Under the pieces are notes generated by a model. The model was not told the origin of the DNA and ran no database searches. It saw only the letters and a list, made by a program, of their open reading frames with translations. From contig NW_019091358.1 in the NCBI RefSeq assembly GCF_001949145.1, positions 1,488,961 to 1,552,960 of the forward strand: 64,000 bases of DNA, read 5' to 3'. The position numbers were made by a program, and so were the translations under genes. Every line of letters starts with the position of its first letter. The stretch's first letter is position 1. This stretch comes from Acanthaster planci. Lineage: Eukaryota. This document shows positions 36,131 through 50,951 of this stretch, piece after piece.

Positions 36131-37500
36131 AAGCTGATTGTCAGTGGTAGGCTACCGTAGATTTGGAGTGTATTGTGAAGACAGGCAAGGGTTTCCATGA
36201 CAACCGCTGGTGCATGAATTTTCCTTGTTATTTTGCAGAATCAGCGTTCATGTTCATCTAAAAAATCACTAAATTTAGTGAAGTTTATGGCCCTGATTCG
36301 TTGTTAATGTATGGCTTAGGTGACAAAAGACATGATAAGGTTGTAATACACTAATGTTGATGACGTGATTGTTGGTCCGTCAAGGTACTGTTTTTGCCAG
36401 CCACGTTGAAGACGTGCTCATCTTAACCGAGTAATTTTCGGCAGTTTCGCAGTGAGTATTGTTTTAGAAATATTCTCAACGATTAAATGATAAGCATTGT
36501 AAACCGTAGGATCAGTGACTAGGATCAAAGGATTGATTATTTTTCCTTCTCTGTTCGTATTTGTCGCCCTGTGTAGCACAGCAAACTACGAAGCTGTGTC
36601 GAAGATGCACGGATATTAGCAGAGTTTTGGATTGCTATCCCATGTTATAGTTTTGAATTATTGTTGCATTTCATGATAAATAGGCTTCCATTCGCCGGCT
36701 AAGACGGCCGGGAACTGTTGAAATATAAACTACAGAAGCCGAGTGGTACCATGGTTTAGGTACCGATTTCCTTTGTGTAGAGACCTTTTGAGCGTTGTTT
36801 GCTGTCCGTACTATTACTCTCAGAGGGGTCCTCATTTCAAGATGTATGGTGGACCATGTATGTCACCAAAGATAAATATATATATACTGAAAAGTGCGGA
36901 GATTGTTCAAGTGATAGTTTTGTGAATTACTTCACACATCGGCAGTTTGTATACGTTGTGTTGTGATGACCATTGTAGCATGGTGTTGGAAAATTATTGT
37001 TGTGCACCTTGCAGGGGATGGTAACAACTGTGCTCATTTTGTCATAGGTATTGAACCTGATTTGTAAAACTGGTTCTTGATGTTTATCTAGCTACGGTAG
37101 CCAGGCTGTGCCATTACTGGGGGTAAGCAAGCACAGAACTCAGGCATAACACTCACTCAGCCGATTGTTTAAGCGTGTTGTGAAAGTTTCCACATACTTT
37201 ATTTAGCTTTTCTTGTATTTATAAAGTTTTTTAATTTTATAAGGTACTCGCCAATTGCGCTGTTGGTGTAACGTTGCTGTTGCACTCTCATTTTTGTAAA
37301 TTGTGTTATATCTTACCAGATGTTCTAGTTCATTCAACAAAAAAGGGGGATGCGTTCCCCAGAGATGACGTATGCCAGGCGCTAAATAACATTTACGTGA
37401 TACCTTCTCTGGTGTTTTGATACCGGTACATGTAAATCCTTGTCGAAATTGTATATTTCACATGCGGGATTTTTCTTAGGGAGACTTTCTACGTGCTCCC

Positions 37501-37761
37501 TGTTATTAAACGGCACATTCAAAATACCTCTAGATGGGAGTCACTCATCGCATCATTTGATGACCAGTCCTACATATATGCCCTCCCCTCTCTTCACACT
37601 CCTCACACCTGGTGCACCAGGGACGATGCTTACGTATTCTGGCCCCCGACAAGGCTGAGTCTGGATACGGCCCTATATAAAGACGAGGGGTTGGCTCGCT
37701 TTCATTGTAACTATCAATGCCTCGAACGAAAGAACGAATTTGGTTAACAATGGCGAGCGAG
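37501..37761 (+). mobile_element. Putative 5' LTR (37501-37749) plus primer-binding site of a truncated LTR retrotransposon
   Basis: TGTTA...TAACA inverted termini and internal CCCTATATAAAG. TGGCGAGCGAG follows one base after the LTR end (TGG-initiated PBS pattern). Confidence 0.55.
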
Positions 37762-38140
37762 CTTTTGTCTTACCTCTGTATTCGGCAAGGTAGGATGCCG
37801 TCAGTGGCTTTAATAACCTCTGTGTGTTAATTATGTTAAGGGATTGCGGGTCCAGATATTTAGATATTGTGGCTTGACCCCGGTCGACCCGACGAGCGGC
37901 AGTGTAGTAGGCCAGGGGTGCAGGTCACTGTGACACAGACGGGGTTTTAAGGACAGCACGGGGGGAATTGGATCCTACCTTCTCCACAGCATTTATTGAA
38001 CACAAACTGAACTTGCTTATTCTTTATATGCGTTTATTCAAATCACTGTTAGATGGCGCCTAGGCAGGTTTGTATCGGGCGTTTCGATCAGCAACCAAAT
38101 GAATAAACTGTGAACACTGGTGAATGCGACTGACTATTTA

Positions 38141-38200
38141 AATTTACGGGACTGACTAGATAAATTTACGGGACTGACATGATAAATTTACGGGACTGAC
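38141..38200. repeat. Three tandem copies of AAATTTACGGGACTGAC (~21-bp period) within a possible second LTR-like segment (37929-38526)
   Basis: The repeat is directly visible. The surrounding segment starts TGTGACA and has TGTCACA at 38520-38526, but no TSD was found. Confidence 0.6.
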
Positions 38201-40439
38201 ACGAGGGACTTATAGAAAAGACTTACGCACTGTCTTAATCTTACGAAGGACGAGCACTACCACCAGTCAAGACTCTCCAAGTAAAACGACTAAGACTATG
38301 CTGACGCAACGAACACCTCACGTGAGACTGACTTTCCCGCCGCCGCGCGCAGGTTTATGTCCAGACAGGAGCTGTGCGACATGCCCGAATATTCCACACT
38401 GGAAGACGCCCGGCAATCATTCAGCAACGCAACTACATCTGAATTAATAAATACATAAATTCTAGAGGGCGCCTTACTGGTTACCATAATTTCGCAACAA
38501 TGTGAAGTCCGTGACCAAATGTCACATTTTTTCAAGCAGCATGACTGCCTATACAGTGATGATACTCTTTAAAAGGTTTTTGCCGCCACCCGAGAAATTA
38601 TATGATGGCCTACATACTCCATGCAGTTATGCACAGAAAACAACTGCCAAAAAAGGTGTCTTCTCACGAATTCATTTCATCAAATTTTCTCTAATGAAGG
38701 CTTATATATTTCGAGCTTCATACAAACAAACACAAACATTACTTTATAATCTTGATATATGATGATATAATATTGAGTATGAGTTCACGCAATAATACCA
38801 TAATGATAAAAGAAAAACACTACTTCCAATCTAATTGTCAAAAATTGTTGTTTAACATCAACTTAAAGTTTATAGTATTAAGTTCAAGTTACCTTGGAAA
38901 GATATTTTTAATTACTTCACACTTTACACAACTTAATTGTCCTCTCCAACGAAATTTTCATATAATCATAATGTGTGAGTTACTTAGGCACGATTAACAT
39001 TACATTTCATTTTCTATCCATGAACTGTTGAAAGAACAGTTTTGGTTTATAATTTTTTTTCATATAAGGCAAATAGTCATAAGTGCCACCTTTTGTGTAC
39101 CTTTTGATATATATCCATGCCCTCTCGAAGTTTTCAACCGTCCCCTCTTTTTCTTGTTGCCACTGCCTAGAATTCTGTTTCAGAACTGTCCAAATAATAA
39201 CTTCATGAATGTACGACCAGTACTGATTACACTGTAGTCTTCCAAAAAGTCCTATTTATCGTCATTTTCGTCTTACTCCTGAAATGGTGTTGAATTGGAA
39301 AAGCAAATTCGTTTTTTGTCATTCATTTCATGGATTTAATCATTCAATTTCGTCCAGATGGTTTGAATTAGCAGTTTAAGAAATTAGCGGTTTAAAACCT
39401 TGCACATAGCGCCCTCCGTCAGCTACTGACGGCCCTTTTGAAATTTCTTAATTAAATTTTTTTACGACCAAATGCGAACACCTTATATCTAATCCTATCT
39501 CTCCCGATGCTGAATAACCCAGTTTAGTATACCAGGCAAGATATGGAACGGAGGGGTACCCCCCACCTGTCCAATCCCTATACACACTCTAGACTATTGT
39601 TACCTAACACATCCCCCCTAGAAGTCTGTAAAGACTGAATTCCTGATATTCCGATCAAACAATGACCAACACAAAGGCGGGGTGGCGCTCCGTCCCATAT
39701 CTTGCTTCAAATGTAGTTTAGTCGCCTTGGAGGTAGGGACTTCCCCTTAGCTGGTATCAGTTTCACCAGAGCCAGCTTGCTAAGTCCCATAGGAATACGT
39801 ACTAATCCCTCTGCCACATGGCGCTTATGGGATTATTTACACAAAGGCTGCCTTGGCCAGCCAGAGCCTGTCATATATCATATCAATTGTCGGTCTCTCT
39901 GATATGTCTCTGAGCTGTCTATACAGCTGTCTGGGTTTTTTCATGTTGGGGGTGTTACATTTTTGTTGACTTGGTGCTACCCCCCCCCTTTACTGGATAA
40001 AAGGTACTGTGACCTTATTCTGACCTTTTTTGTCGTGTTTTGTTGTTGGTAGGCATTGGCAGACAGCCAGGAACACCCTCAAATCAATTTAAATGCCATT
40101 AAAGGGTCTTAGGGGCTGGGGGCATGAATTTAAGTGGCCTTCACTCATTGGCGGACTTGGGCCTATGATCAGTTAAATATCAGGACTGTGCATATTAAAT
40201 TAATTACGAAATCAGGTATAATAAAATACATAACTCACTGTTATTTGACCTTCTCTTGCTAATCCGATTAAGGGGCAACGCTTTGTATACAGAATTACAT
40301 CACTGACGAAACTGAATGATTCAATCAAACCACTCTTTTCAAGTTCAAAGATATGACTTTGAATCAAACAGCAATCACAATGGGGAGGTAGCATTGTGAT
40401 TGTGTGTAATATTTTTACACAATTCAATTACAACAATTA

Positions 40440-40790
40440 AGTTGCTTTTGTTCGCATCATCGTCTTGCTTGGCAGGTCTTCCACTCATCAAAGTTGTCGT
40501 ATGTCCTGTATCCCTGCGTTGTCTATGCTGGCGTGATGTTATACAACAGCAAATGCGACAGATGCATCCAACGGTGTATCTAAGGCAGGGCGTCTTCCAT
40601 AAAGATTTCACACAGGTCCAGATCGAATTCCTTATAGCATGCGAAACACACAACATATAACTGCGTGTGTCATACATGTACTTATGCAAGCGATTTGGAG
40701 GACAAGACATTGATTTCGTCTGGTTCACAGATTTTCTGCGAAGCAAAATGATACTTTCAAAGAGACACCCTAAGTATTTTTCTGCTGAGT
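40440..40790 (-). pseudogene. Possible highly decayed Harbinger (HARBI1-like) transposase C-terminus
   Basis: Fragments resembling HAIG.L.....PCLRYT......C..LYNI followed by an acidic tail. Weak pattern only. Confidence 0.25.
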
Positions 40791-42552
40791 GAATGAATTC
40801 CTTAATTCGGGCGAAGAAACATACATTTTCAACGTTGTTTGTAGAAACTACTTTTCAAGCCATTTTGAATGAAGCATAAAGGTAGGATACACCATTAGTT
40901 TTTTGTCGTAATTTCACAAGATTGGACAAGTATGGTATTTAAGGTTCACCACAGCTTCATTCTACTAACTTGTTTCATGTTGAAGTCCACTGCTTTGCGA
41001 AAAATCGAGAAATTTTCAACGATCATTTGTAATTTATCTTGCGTAAAATCTATGAATTACAGGACGTTTGTAGTAAGCAAACAACACCCGCAGGGTCAGG
41101 GTGGGGAACAGGCACGACAGGTTCTCTTTCCCTCAACAAAAGCAGTTTTCAAAGGCCAGGAGTAATCAGTGAATTTACCTTGGAATAATGCGCCTTCTCG
41201 ACAATGTAGCATTGCAGATTCCTGAAAAAACATCATCCAATAATGCAGTCGATTGGTGTCCTGACACTTAGAGGAGTATATGATCATGCAAGTGCGCGCG
41301 CAATCGTGCTAGTGGCCACACTTTCACGTCGCGTCGCTGAAAGTCTAAAAACTCCGTTCTTAGTTGACTATAATAGTTATAAGCAAAGAGTGTTGTCTTG
41401 AAACACGGGAGGTTTAACGTAAGGAAAGCGTAAATTTTGTTGACGAAAATCCTATCGCTAGGTAGCTCGGAAACAGCTACTCATATTTGGACCATACCAT
41501 TATGCTCTATGGATGATTTTAAATTCGCTAAGTTTTCGCGCTAAGAAAATCCTTTCCCTTAAATAAATTTAACTTTATTTCCACTGTACACCTAACACTC
41601 AGCCTCTTAAATTTCAGTTCACAATGCTTTGGGTGAATTTCTGTTGGTATAATTTTTAGCTGTTTTGGGGTTTAACCGGTCATTAATGGAGACTCCCACT
41701 ACATCTGCAAACGTTACACACAAGAAAATTAGCGCCTGTTAACGAATTTGATATGCGAAGTGAAACGAGCTCTTAAACGATGTTCGGCTGACCGTTTTGA
41801 AAAAAGAACAAAATTTCGGTTTTCTCGAAAACTACAGAATTCTGGAAGGAATTCTGATATTTGCTACCACCTAAAATGCAATTTATTTAAGATTATATAA
41901 TTAATAAAGGTTTATCTGTTACATTAATTTGTAGAGTTTTCTCTTGACGAATCTGTGGGACAACAATAAATTCACTCATCACAGCAGATTTGTGTCCAAT
42001 CCATCCCTTACCGGGAGTTTATTCTCCACCTCGTGGATACTTGGGTTCCACTCCAGGGGGGCGCGCAAGCGCTGCTGCTACACAAACAATACCGATATTG
42101 CAGTTGTTAATACTGATAAATAGATGATACACATCTACATTATTAAATTCACTTCTATTTGTCAGAAAGTAACACCAGAAACAAAGGTTTCAAATAAAAA
42201 GTTCACAAATAAAGTAGGAGAGATTGAAATAAATGTAGTTCTGTCAAACTGATAACAGAATAAATGAAATATTTCAACACAAACTACCTTGAGTATTATC
42301 AATACAACTGGTATTTAATTAGGCCCATATCACTAAGCAAATTACTCGAAATAGGAAAAAACACCCAATACGAGCGATTCGCGATTGTGCACTTCTGCAA
42401 CGCATTGGCTAATCACGACACCAAAAATCTGTCAACCCTTTTAAAACGCACATTGGGTCGACAGAGTTCGCGCATTGTGATTGGCCAACGCGTTGGAAAC
42501 TTTTGGAGGCGCACTTTTGTGAATCGCCTGTATTAAACAGGTTGTTATCATT

Positions 42553-45500
42553 TTAGTAAACTAATGCTGAAGCCAAGCAAATAAAACATGTAGTAATTGC
42601 AGGGGGAAAGGTGACTGCCCTAGAGATATCTGCCTCATCCAACATGGCGGCAATACGTACTGGTGCTCCACTTCCATCTATAATTTTCATAGGAAACGCA
42701 TACACCTTGGCCCCAGTGTTGGGAAGCTTGTCTAGGTTCGCCACGTTCTCAATGCCGAATTTGTTTGCACCAAACAAAATCTGGTGGGTCATGAAATCGC
42801 TGCTCGGTCCCCTGTCGAGAGAGGGCGCGTCAAGCCCGAGACCCGATATTTTGCGATTGGCTACCAGCCACGTGGCTGCTTCTGGCGCCACGCCCGGAGA
42901 ATGGAGAATAGACCTGCCTTGCTCGTCCAGATAGGTGTCGTTGCGCGTCGTGCCAAAATAGGCCAGCCGATCTGGGTAGAAGGCTCCCCAACCAGTGTAG
43001 ACGAAGAGCAGAGAACCGTCCGGAATCCTGCCGTGGACGACTTCCCAGTCTTGCAGATCCTTGACGGTCATTCCATAATCTCTGTCCTGCTTCACCTTCT
43101 CGGAGATGTCAACTCGGATGGCTGGGCCTGTAAATCGACTGAGCGGTATATCGTCGACCCGCATCTTACCTTGGGAGCCGTGTGCCGGGGCATCGAGATG
43201 TGTGCCTATGTGTTCTGGTGTTCCGTACGAGTTCATTTCCAACCTATCGGAATGTATGGGTGCAAAAGAATGGCGACTATAAGGGTATTGATTTTTAAGC
43301 TCTGTTATTTAGCAAGTTAAACTTACACTGATAACAATGCTCATCGTTTGTGCTTTCCAAAAACAAAAATATACTTTGTTGACCGATCTTATGTCACAGG
43401 AAGCCTTAAGTTCAATCTAGTAACAGCAAACACCCCTCCACTCCTTTTAATTGTGAGTTAGAGCTTAGTCAAGTGCTGCCAACGTTACTCTGTTGTGCGG
43501 GGCAACTTTGACAGGTTGCTGGAATTTAAAAAACAAATAAAAAGGATTGTAACACAGTTGTACACACGAAAAATGCTTTATTCCAAGCTTCTAAGTTTAC
43601 GTTATGGTAATGTCATAGAAATGTTTTAGAGAATCTTTTAAATTACAACCAAGGGGTGTGGCTTGAGCCAAAGTTATCCCAGGATGCCAAAGTAACCTCG
43701 GTTTATGGAACACACCATAATGGCCACCAACTGATATGTGTGTGTGTCCTTCCTCTATGGTTCCAGTAACTTTCTAAGGTGTGTGTCCTTGGCGCGTACG
43801 GTTGTAACTCTAGTCAATGGCGATTTTCTTGAAGCGTCTCATCTTACGGTATACACTTAAAATAACCCTCTATGAAATGTATCAATGCTGCGGAAGACTG
43901 ACAGACTGACTCATACCAACCCAGAGGCGGATCCAAGGGGGTTTGTGTCAAAGGGTTTCCATCCAATGGTGATATATTAAGTTTTACAAAGACAGAGCCC
44001 ATGCATTCAAAGAGGGTATCTCCCAAACTAGTCCTCTCGTGTTAAGAAAATGACCTGTTTTGTGGGCTTGGTCTGTCTGTGGGACTCCCTCATTAGGATA
44101 TTCGTCCCATTTCTCTGTATCTTGCCTCCTGCAGCCTTGCTTAGAGTGTAGATGATGGATAATGGAACGGGGAAGAAAATTGAAGGGCAAAATTGGGACA
44201 CTTATAGAGCCCAAATGGATCGTAAATGCGGAACTGAGACGCTGGTGAAAATAGATGATAAAAGCCTTGAACAATTTGCCAGAAAAACGTTCTCCTGATG
44301 ACTACTATCTTCCCCCAAAAAGTCTTCAATAACTCAAACATCAAGCGGACAAAAGCTTTTTCCAACGGGTAAACAAAACCCTGGGTACTCCACCGTTTCC
44401 CTGGTAGTCTTCAGCATTTACAGACGAACACGGCTCTACTGACCTTGACGGCATGACAGGGATACACGTATAGTCTCCCAAAAGGGCGGATCGGGGGGGG
44501 GGGACGGGGGAAATGCCGCCCCAACTGATGAGGCGTTTTTGTTTTTGCGTTTATCAAAGTGAAGATATTTAGTTTCAGTACTGAAGGTTAGTATGTATGG
44601 ACGGAGCAATTTTATTGAGGAAGTTGTTTCTGAGCATCTGCTTAACTAGTGCGATCAGTTAATGCAAAGGTGCACCAGGGACACTGCTTACTTGTCTCCT
44701 CCCCCATCATTGGGTCTGGATCCGGCCTGATGGTTTCAGCGGCTCTACAGCAACCGAATGGACTAGGATGAGATTAAACCTGCGACCAAGTGACGGTCAA
44801 CTATTTCGCTTATTACAAGAAACATTTCGCCATTTGTCCAGCAAAGTGATACTAGTCATTCTATAAAGTGTAATGATGACCGCTGCTTGAGGACACCGCT
44901 GCTGCGAGTTTTATGAATGATTTTTCCTGATTACTATTTTCCTATCCTGTTTTGGATGCAAGGTACCTTCCAGCAGTTTATATTACAACACTTTTACAAT
45001 GAACATATACAAATTTCAGTCAAATTTTCATACTGAAAAGCTTGCACATGCACCACCTAGCGAAATATATAAATTTATCACATTTTATACAGTCAAAGTG
45101 GCACTTATAGGGCTTCATTGCTGGCCGTTTCGAGTAATAAGATGCAGCAATGGGTAATACCCTCACATGTAATTTCATCTTTCGACAGGGACTTGTAAAT
45201 TTAGTTATGGATTTTGCCCCTACACAGATGTGTGAATTGTATATTCATAACACCAGCCAAAGAAATTAACATCAACCGATATCCTCTCTAGGTGCTAGTT
45301 GTAAAAAAAAGATGAAAATCACTAGCTCACAGCATGGAGCTTATCTCCAAGCATGATTACAGGGCCTTTCGTCCCTGAAACTGTTTTACATCCCACAACA
45401 TGAAAGGAATAAAGTTTGGCTCTGCTGCGGGGTGTGGTCACAGTGACCTTGCTTATATGTGTGAAATGGCCATTCTGTGGTCACCTTATATAAATTGTTT

Positions 45501-45843
45501 AGACTAACTGTATGGAATACTGGATGCGGAACCCGGGAATCCAGGATTGCCGAAAACCCACATGAGACCTTGGAGGAAGGATGGAAAAGGCTGGGCTTGG
45601 GCCAGTAATGCCGCAGTACGGCATGTACTATCTTACCATACAGCTATGATCTTACCAAGGCAATGGTCCGGTAGGCCCTCGTGCCTGAATAGTGAACTCG
45701 AAGAACCCCAGCCCAGGGAACGCCAGAGAGTCATCGTCAAAGCCGTATGACATGTCCAGAATTTCTCCCTTCTCCAGGGCCAGTGCATAGGCCAGCAAAT
45801 AGAGCGTGGTGCAGAGGACAAGCCTGGGGAATCGACTGGTCAT
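42553..45843 (-). CDS. Cyclase-family metallohydrolase paralog 3; exons 45843-45656 (alternative upstream ATG at 45867) and 43243-42553, ~292 aa
   Basis: Minus-strand exon 1 MTSRFPRLVLCTTLYLLAYALALEKGEILDMSY...GPLPW ends TG|gtaag; it is 188 nt, the same as paralogs 1 and 2. Acceptor ccgatag|G, then LEMNSYGTPEHIGTHLDAPAH...GIENVANL...GSGAPVR and a hydrophobic tail. Confidence 0.92.
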
Positions 45844-47658
45844 TTTGGAGGGTAAACACAGACGCATCTCCTTCCCTTGAGTTCCTTGCTCTTTATCGTC
45901 AAGATCTACGGTAGGGTCTACAACGACTTCAGTGACCTTGCAAGCGTTTTGTTATGAAACCTCAGTGACCTGGGCAGTGACGTTAACTTGTGCTCTGGGA
46001 TGGGATGAGGAAAGGTGGGGCAGTGACTTGCATGCATGGCCATGGAAATTTAAAAAGCAGGGGAGAAGGAAGAACCATATGAACCTGTATGGGGGTGATG
46101 CTAGTGATTGAGATATACATCTGTAATATCTATTACCTTCCTGCGGAATCTTCCATCAGAACGGCATATTTATGGCTTTTTTACTTAATCGTTTTGCTTC
46201 TTTTTTCGGCGTTTTCAATACATTTGGTCGTTAGAGAGGCCCAAAAATTCCTCACAATCTGCTTGAATTTTTTCATACCACGAAAACGTGGGGATGATTC
46301 AATCCCCCCCCCCCCAAAAAAAGGGCTTTGGAATATGCCCCCATCGCCGGGGACTTGGCAACAAATCAATGGAAAGTTATCATGCGGATAAAACTTGTGC
46401 CATTTATGAAACAGTTCATGCTATTATAAGCCTATATATATATATATGTACAGATGCAAGGATTGTTTCAAGGGATGTTACTTCTTGTTTTGTACATTTG
46501 ACTATCAAGTGCCAAACCTTTAATTTACCAATTGACTTCTCGTCATTTATGCTACACTTGTGTGAACCTTCACCTGCGGCCGCAGGTAGACATAGATACT
46601 GCTTTCCATGGTCTTTCTGTTTTTATTTAAAGTACGACAGGATCCAGGAACCTTATCAATTGTGGCAGGTGACTTCAACAATGAAATTTTGACAACAATT
46701 CTCCCAAATTACCAGCAATTTGTTGTGTGGCGCACCAGTCGTGAAGCTCTGCAACCCAGTATCATTATTACTGCCCATTGAAAAGAGCGTGTATGAACTT
46801 ATCAATATCTTTAGCTAGCCTCGGCAATCTCATTCCAGCGTGCAAGCCGACCATAAGAATAATGGTCGGAGACTTTGGTCGAACAGTTAGTAATAGCTTT
46901 GATTGCATAATACGGCTGCTCTTTTCCTGTTTCCTACAAGTGGCTGCCAGAACTATGGGTAGCCGTCCGTACCAAAATAAATAATAATAATTTCATGAAG
47001 CATTTTCTACATAGCCTACAACATACTATATCTTATTGAGTATTGAGTAGTAAATGAAAATACACTCATTTTTAAAATAGATGAATTATTGATTAAGATG
47101 TATATTTTAAAAGAGTTTAAGTTAACCCCCTCCCCCCAAAAGGGGGCAATTTTTCTGCAAGCTATGGCCCATATTAATGTTGTGTAATTCCCGGTGACGA
47201 GAGAAAGTGAGGCGGTGAGGCCAAATTTTGGGGTTCCTGTGTCATTCTCAAATTTTGGTTTATTGGAGATCTCCACTTTGCTCATGAAAAGACCTGCCAG
47301 TACAAAATTATTAATTTAAACAAACATGAATCTTTGGTTCCATAAATCAAATCAAATCAAATACCAATTTCCATGATGCTACATGTAACTGTAGCGGTCC
47401 GGCCCCCTGGCCGATCGCTCGGGGGCGGCGGTCCGTCCGCCACTGAAGGGGGAATTGGAGGCCAGGCAGGCAAAAAGAAAGTTCAGCAGACACTGAAAGA
47501 CTTGGGTGTTCAAGCGGACTGGATTTCTTTTATAATCACAACTGCTTGGACAATTAAACCGGTGCTAATCTATGTGATTCCCGGCCAAGCCATCACAACG
47601 TCCATCCACCCAGTCGTCTCACACAGCACCCCCGCTTTTCCCAAAAAAACCTTGGAAA

Positions 47659-47668
47659 NNNNNNNNNN
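47659..47668. other. Assembly gap (N run); others at 48867-48877 and a single N at 16822
   Basis: Runs of n in the sequence. Confidence 0.98.
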
Positions 47669-50181
47669 CAGACTTACAGGAAATACATGTACTTGTACTG
47701 TACATTCTGTGCACCCACGTGGGCCAATCACGCCTTGAAGACGTGCACAAGGTTCAAAGGTCACACAGTTCGCTAAATTAAATGGGGAATTCCCAGATCC
47801 CTACATAACTTACGATGTAACATGTACATGTACATGCGGCGGATTTTTCTAGGTCATGCATAATATATCATACATGTACAATAACAAAGGTGGAGGTACA
47901 CGTACTGTACGTGCACACCACATTGCAAATTTGGCATTCAACTTGCACCCCGCTACATACAGCCACTTTTATGACCTTATATTGGCTATTATATAAGTCA
48001 CTATGTACATGTAACTCACCAGTCGATGTAGCCAATCTTCCCCTAGCCCAGGGCCCCCAATCCTGCTGGTACAATTCAGCAAATCCACAGGACCATTCCA
48101 GGCCCTGAACCTGACGACTACAAAGTTGTCTGGAAGCTTTGGAAAAGATCCCGGGTTGTGGCGCGAACGACCAATTTACACGTATATTCATGGGCACCGG
48201 AGCTTAACTGATTGCAACTTAATCCCTCTATTGATCGATCTGGACTATTAAATATCTACCCATTTGCATTTATCTATAACTCACATAACCTAGACATTAA
48301 CATTTTATAAATGAATGCATTATTAAACGTGGCACTATCTCTCGTGCCCGCACAACATTTCCAAAACACCAAGATTACTACACGGCAACGTACCGAGCGA
48401 TTCATGGACAACATGAATAGCGCTGTCATGTGACTACAGCACTTAACAATTAGCAAACACCACATTAATGTAGGCAAAATGATAGTGGTCTTCACTGAAT
48501 TTATTTGAGCTAGAATATGGGCTTTGCATACAATAACAGGCAATATCTATCGCGATCAATATCAATATCGCGATATCCGGCGTCAGCGTTGGGAAATTGT
48601 ACGTGTGTCACCATGTCTGTAAGTCCGCCTAGACGGATAGGCCAAATCAGACCCCCCGTCGGTAATATGTAGTTATTCATAATAACACGTATGAACGACA
48701 TGGTCTTGCATAATGTATACGGATTTTCCACCAAAGTTGTCAGACGTGGAATTTCCACCAATCAAATTTAGTACATGTGGTCAGACTTGTAGACTCGTTC
48801 ATTATAATAGAGGTATGAACGATGTAAAAACAAGTACAGCATTTGATTGGCTGCTACCCGTTTTGGNNNNNNNNNNNTAAATAAGCTGATTCGCTGTGTA
48901 CAAACGGCTGGCAGATTTATCAAGTCAGGATTTCTGAGCTCACAGTAATTAGTGGACACAAGAGGACGCGAAGCAAGAAACAACGTGCGGCCTCCATATC
49001 CAAAGCATAAACGCAGACGTTACGGAAGATCCCGACTTGAGTCAAGCCTAGACTTATGGTCACCTAAAACAGGTCATCTAAAATATTCTTGGTTTTGGTG
49101 TGCGTATGAAACCGTTGCATGATTACATCTAGCCGTCATCTTTCATATCTATTTGATCTAGCATATTTTGTATAGGTTCGTTTGGGATTTTTTCTCCAAA
49201 TTTTCGTAGCAAGGGGAAACTTAATCTTTAAAAAGTACAATTATGATTAATATACATGTATTAGAATTGAGATGTATCCACGTATCTTTTGATTATCCTA
49301 TTTCGGTTTCTGTCGACAGTTTATAGGCTCTTGCAAATCTCATCACAGCCCCTAATTAAGAACAAAAATCATGCGAAATAACACTGGAATACTTTTCCTG
49401 GTTTATGCTGGGAAGGCTGCAGTCACTCGCGTCTTAGTTACTCTATCATGAGAGGAAAAATTGGGGAATTTAATTATTTTGCCCCTAAATAACCCAAATT
49501 TGAATTTAATTACAAGTTCATGGATAGTTTGTTATCGAGTGAATCCTTTATGCACATGTCTTTAATTGCAAATGACTATCATCCGTCTTGACGTGTGTTG
49601 CACCTCTTGTTGACTGAGTTGGAGCACGGATCACTTACCCAGGGATGTGCAACCGCGAGCGGCCCCAGTGTAAACACATATGGGACCTTGCGTGTTACGG
49701 ATTGTTATTACCCCTGCAGGCGCTCTCGACTTTTCTCGAGAAAACTCGCGACCACATGACACGCGTTGCAGCATGTACAGTGCAGCCGTGGTTATGCCAA
49801 GACGACGCGCCGACGCGGTGCTTAAATCTATTCGTTTTGACGAATAATTCTTCTTCATTTATCGATTTCAAACAGTAACGAAGTTTTAAAGAGGCAAAAT
49901 TCCCAAATTTTGTGGTACACTTTTCTCAGAATATGAAATATCTTGAGCAGCATATTTTTAGAAAGGGTGTACCCTGACTTAAATATTACAAGAAAACAAA
50001 GTCATTTCTCTGTGAACCCTCTCCAATGCTCTCACGGTCTATTTTGTATCCTATTTGGCATCTTAGGGTCAATTGTGAATATTCATATTAAAGCACTATT
50101 TTGCATACAAAGGCCACGCCTCGGTTGTAGGGGTGTAGACCACTAATTCAAATGAGAATTTCTGGCCCGCTCATTAGCATT

Positions 50182-50590
50182 AAAAGTGCCCCCACAGTAT
50201 CTTTTGAAAAAGGAGATTGTTTTGCCCCCAAAATGATGAAATTGTGTAAATTGTTGCCGGGATCAACTCCCTGGGTCTTTGAGCTTTCATATGAGAGCAG
50301 AAGGGCTAAAAACTACGGTTGAAAAATGGTCCTAAGTGCCCGAGAAAGTTGAGGGTTGCCACTTGAAAAATGGCTGCAATCGGACTTTGGAAAAATCACT
50401 TTTTGAGGGGTGATTTTGTTTTGTGGGAATAATTAAAAATGTAATTGGTTAACCCACAAAAAATCGAAAAGAAATTGAAAGATAAGGGACCAGACAAGAA
50501 TTTCATTTGTGTTTCAGAAATCTCAGGGATGTTGGCGTGCATGCTATTGGGCCCTGAACGGTGCTGATTTTACACTGTTTTCAACGGGTC
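50182..50590 (+). repeat. ~400-bp diverged dispersed repeat; second copy at ~57480-57885
   Basis: Colinear AAAAGT.CCCCCA, TGAAAAATGGC.GC, TCACTTTTT..GGGGTGA.TTTGTTTTG, ATTGGTTAACC, GGACCA.ACAA, TTTTACACT.TTTTCAA. Confidence 0.7.
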
Positions 50591-50951
50591 TTGAATTAGT
50601 GGACTGTACCCGTAGGAGAGTCCCAAGACGGAAGAACGAGCCGGCGATTGATGAAATGAAGTCACGAGAGGGCTCAATAGAAATCGGCGCGCACGGCATA
50701 TATTATGCTCAATCGAGTTCTGCCGTCTTGGGCCAAGACTATGGTGGTTGGCCTTCATACGTGTGATTGCATGTCTCCAAATTTTGCAATACACTTTCCA
50801 GGGACTGTGAATGGTATCATGTGACCGAAATGAGAGTGGTTGGGCTACGGACTGTCGTGCTTGATACAATTACGCAGGGCACAGATTCACGGGCGGTACA
50901 GTTGGGCTAAACTTGCTGCGTGACTGAAATTGATGTGTCAAAACCTTAGAA

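Noticed and set aside
45631..45640. Second GTAAG donor ~19 nt into the paralog 3 intron
   Set aside because: Using it would include the in-frame TAA right after the Trp codon, so it would not be productive; there is no evidence of use.
47388..47658. LTR-like segment starting TGTAGCGG
   Set aside because: Truncated by an assembly gap, so the other end and TSD cannot be checked.
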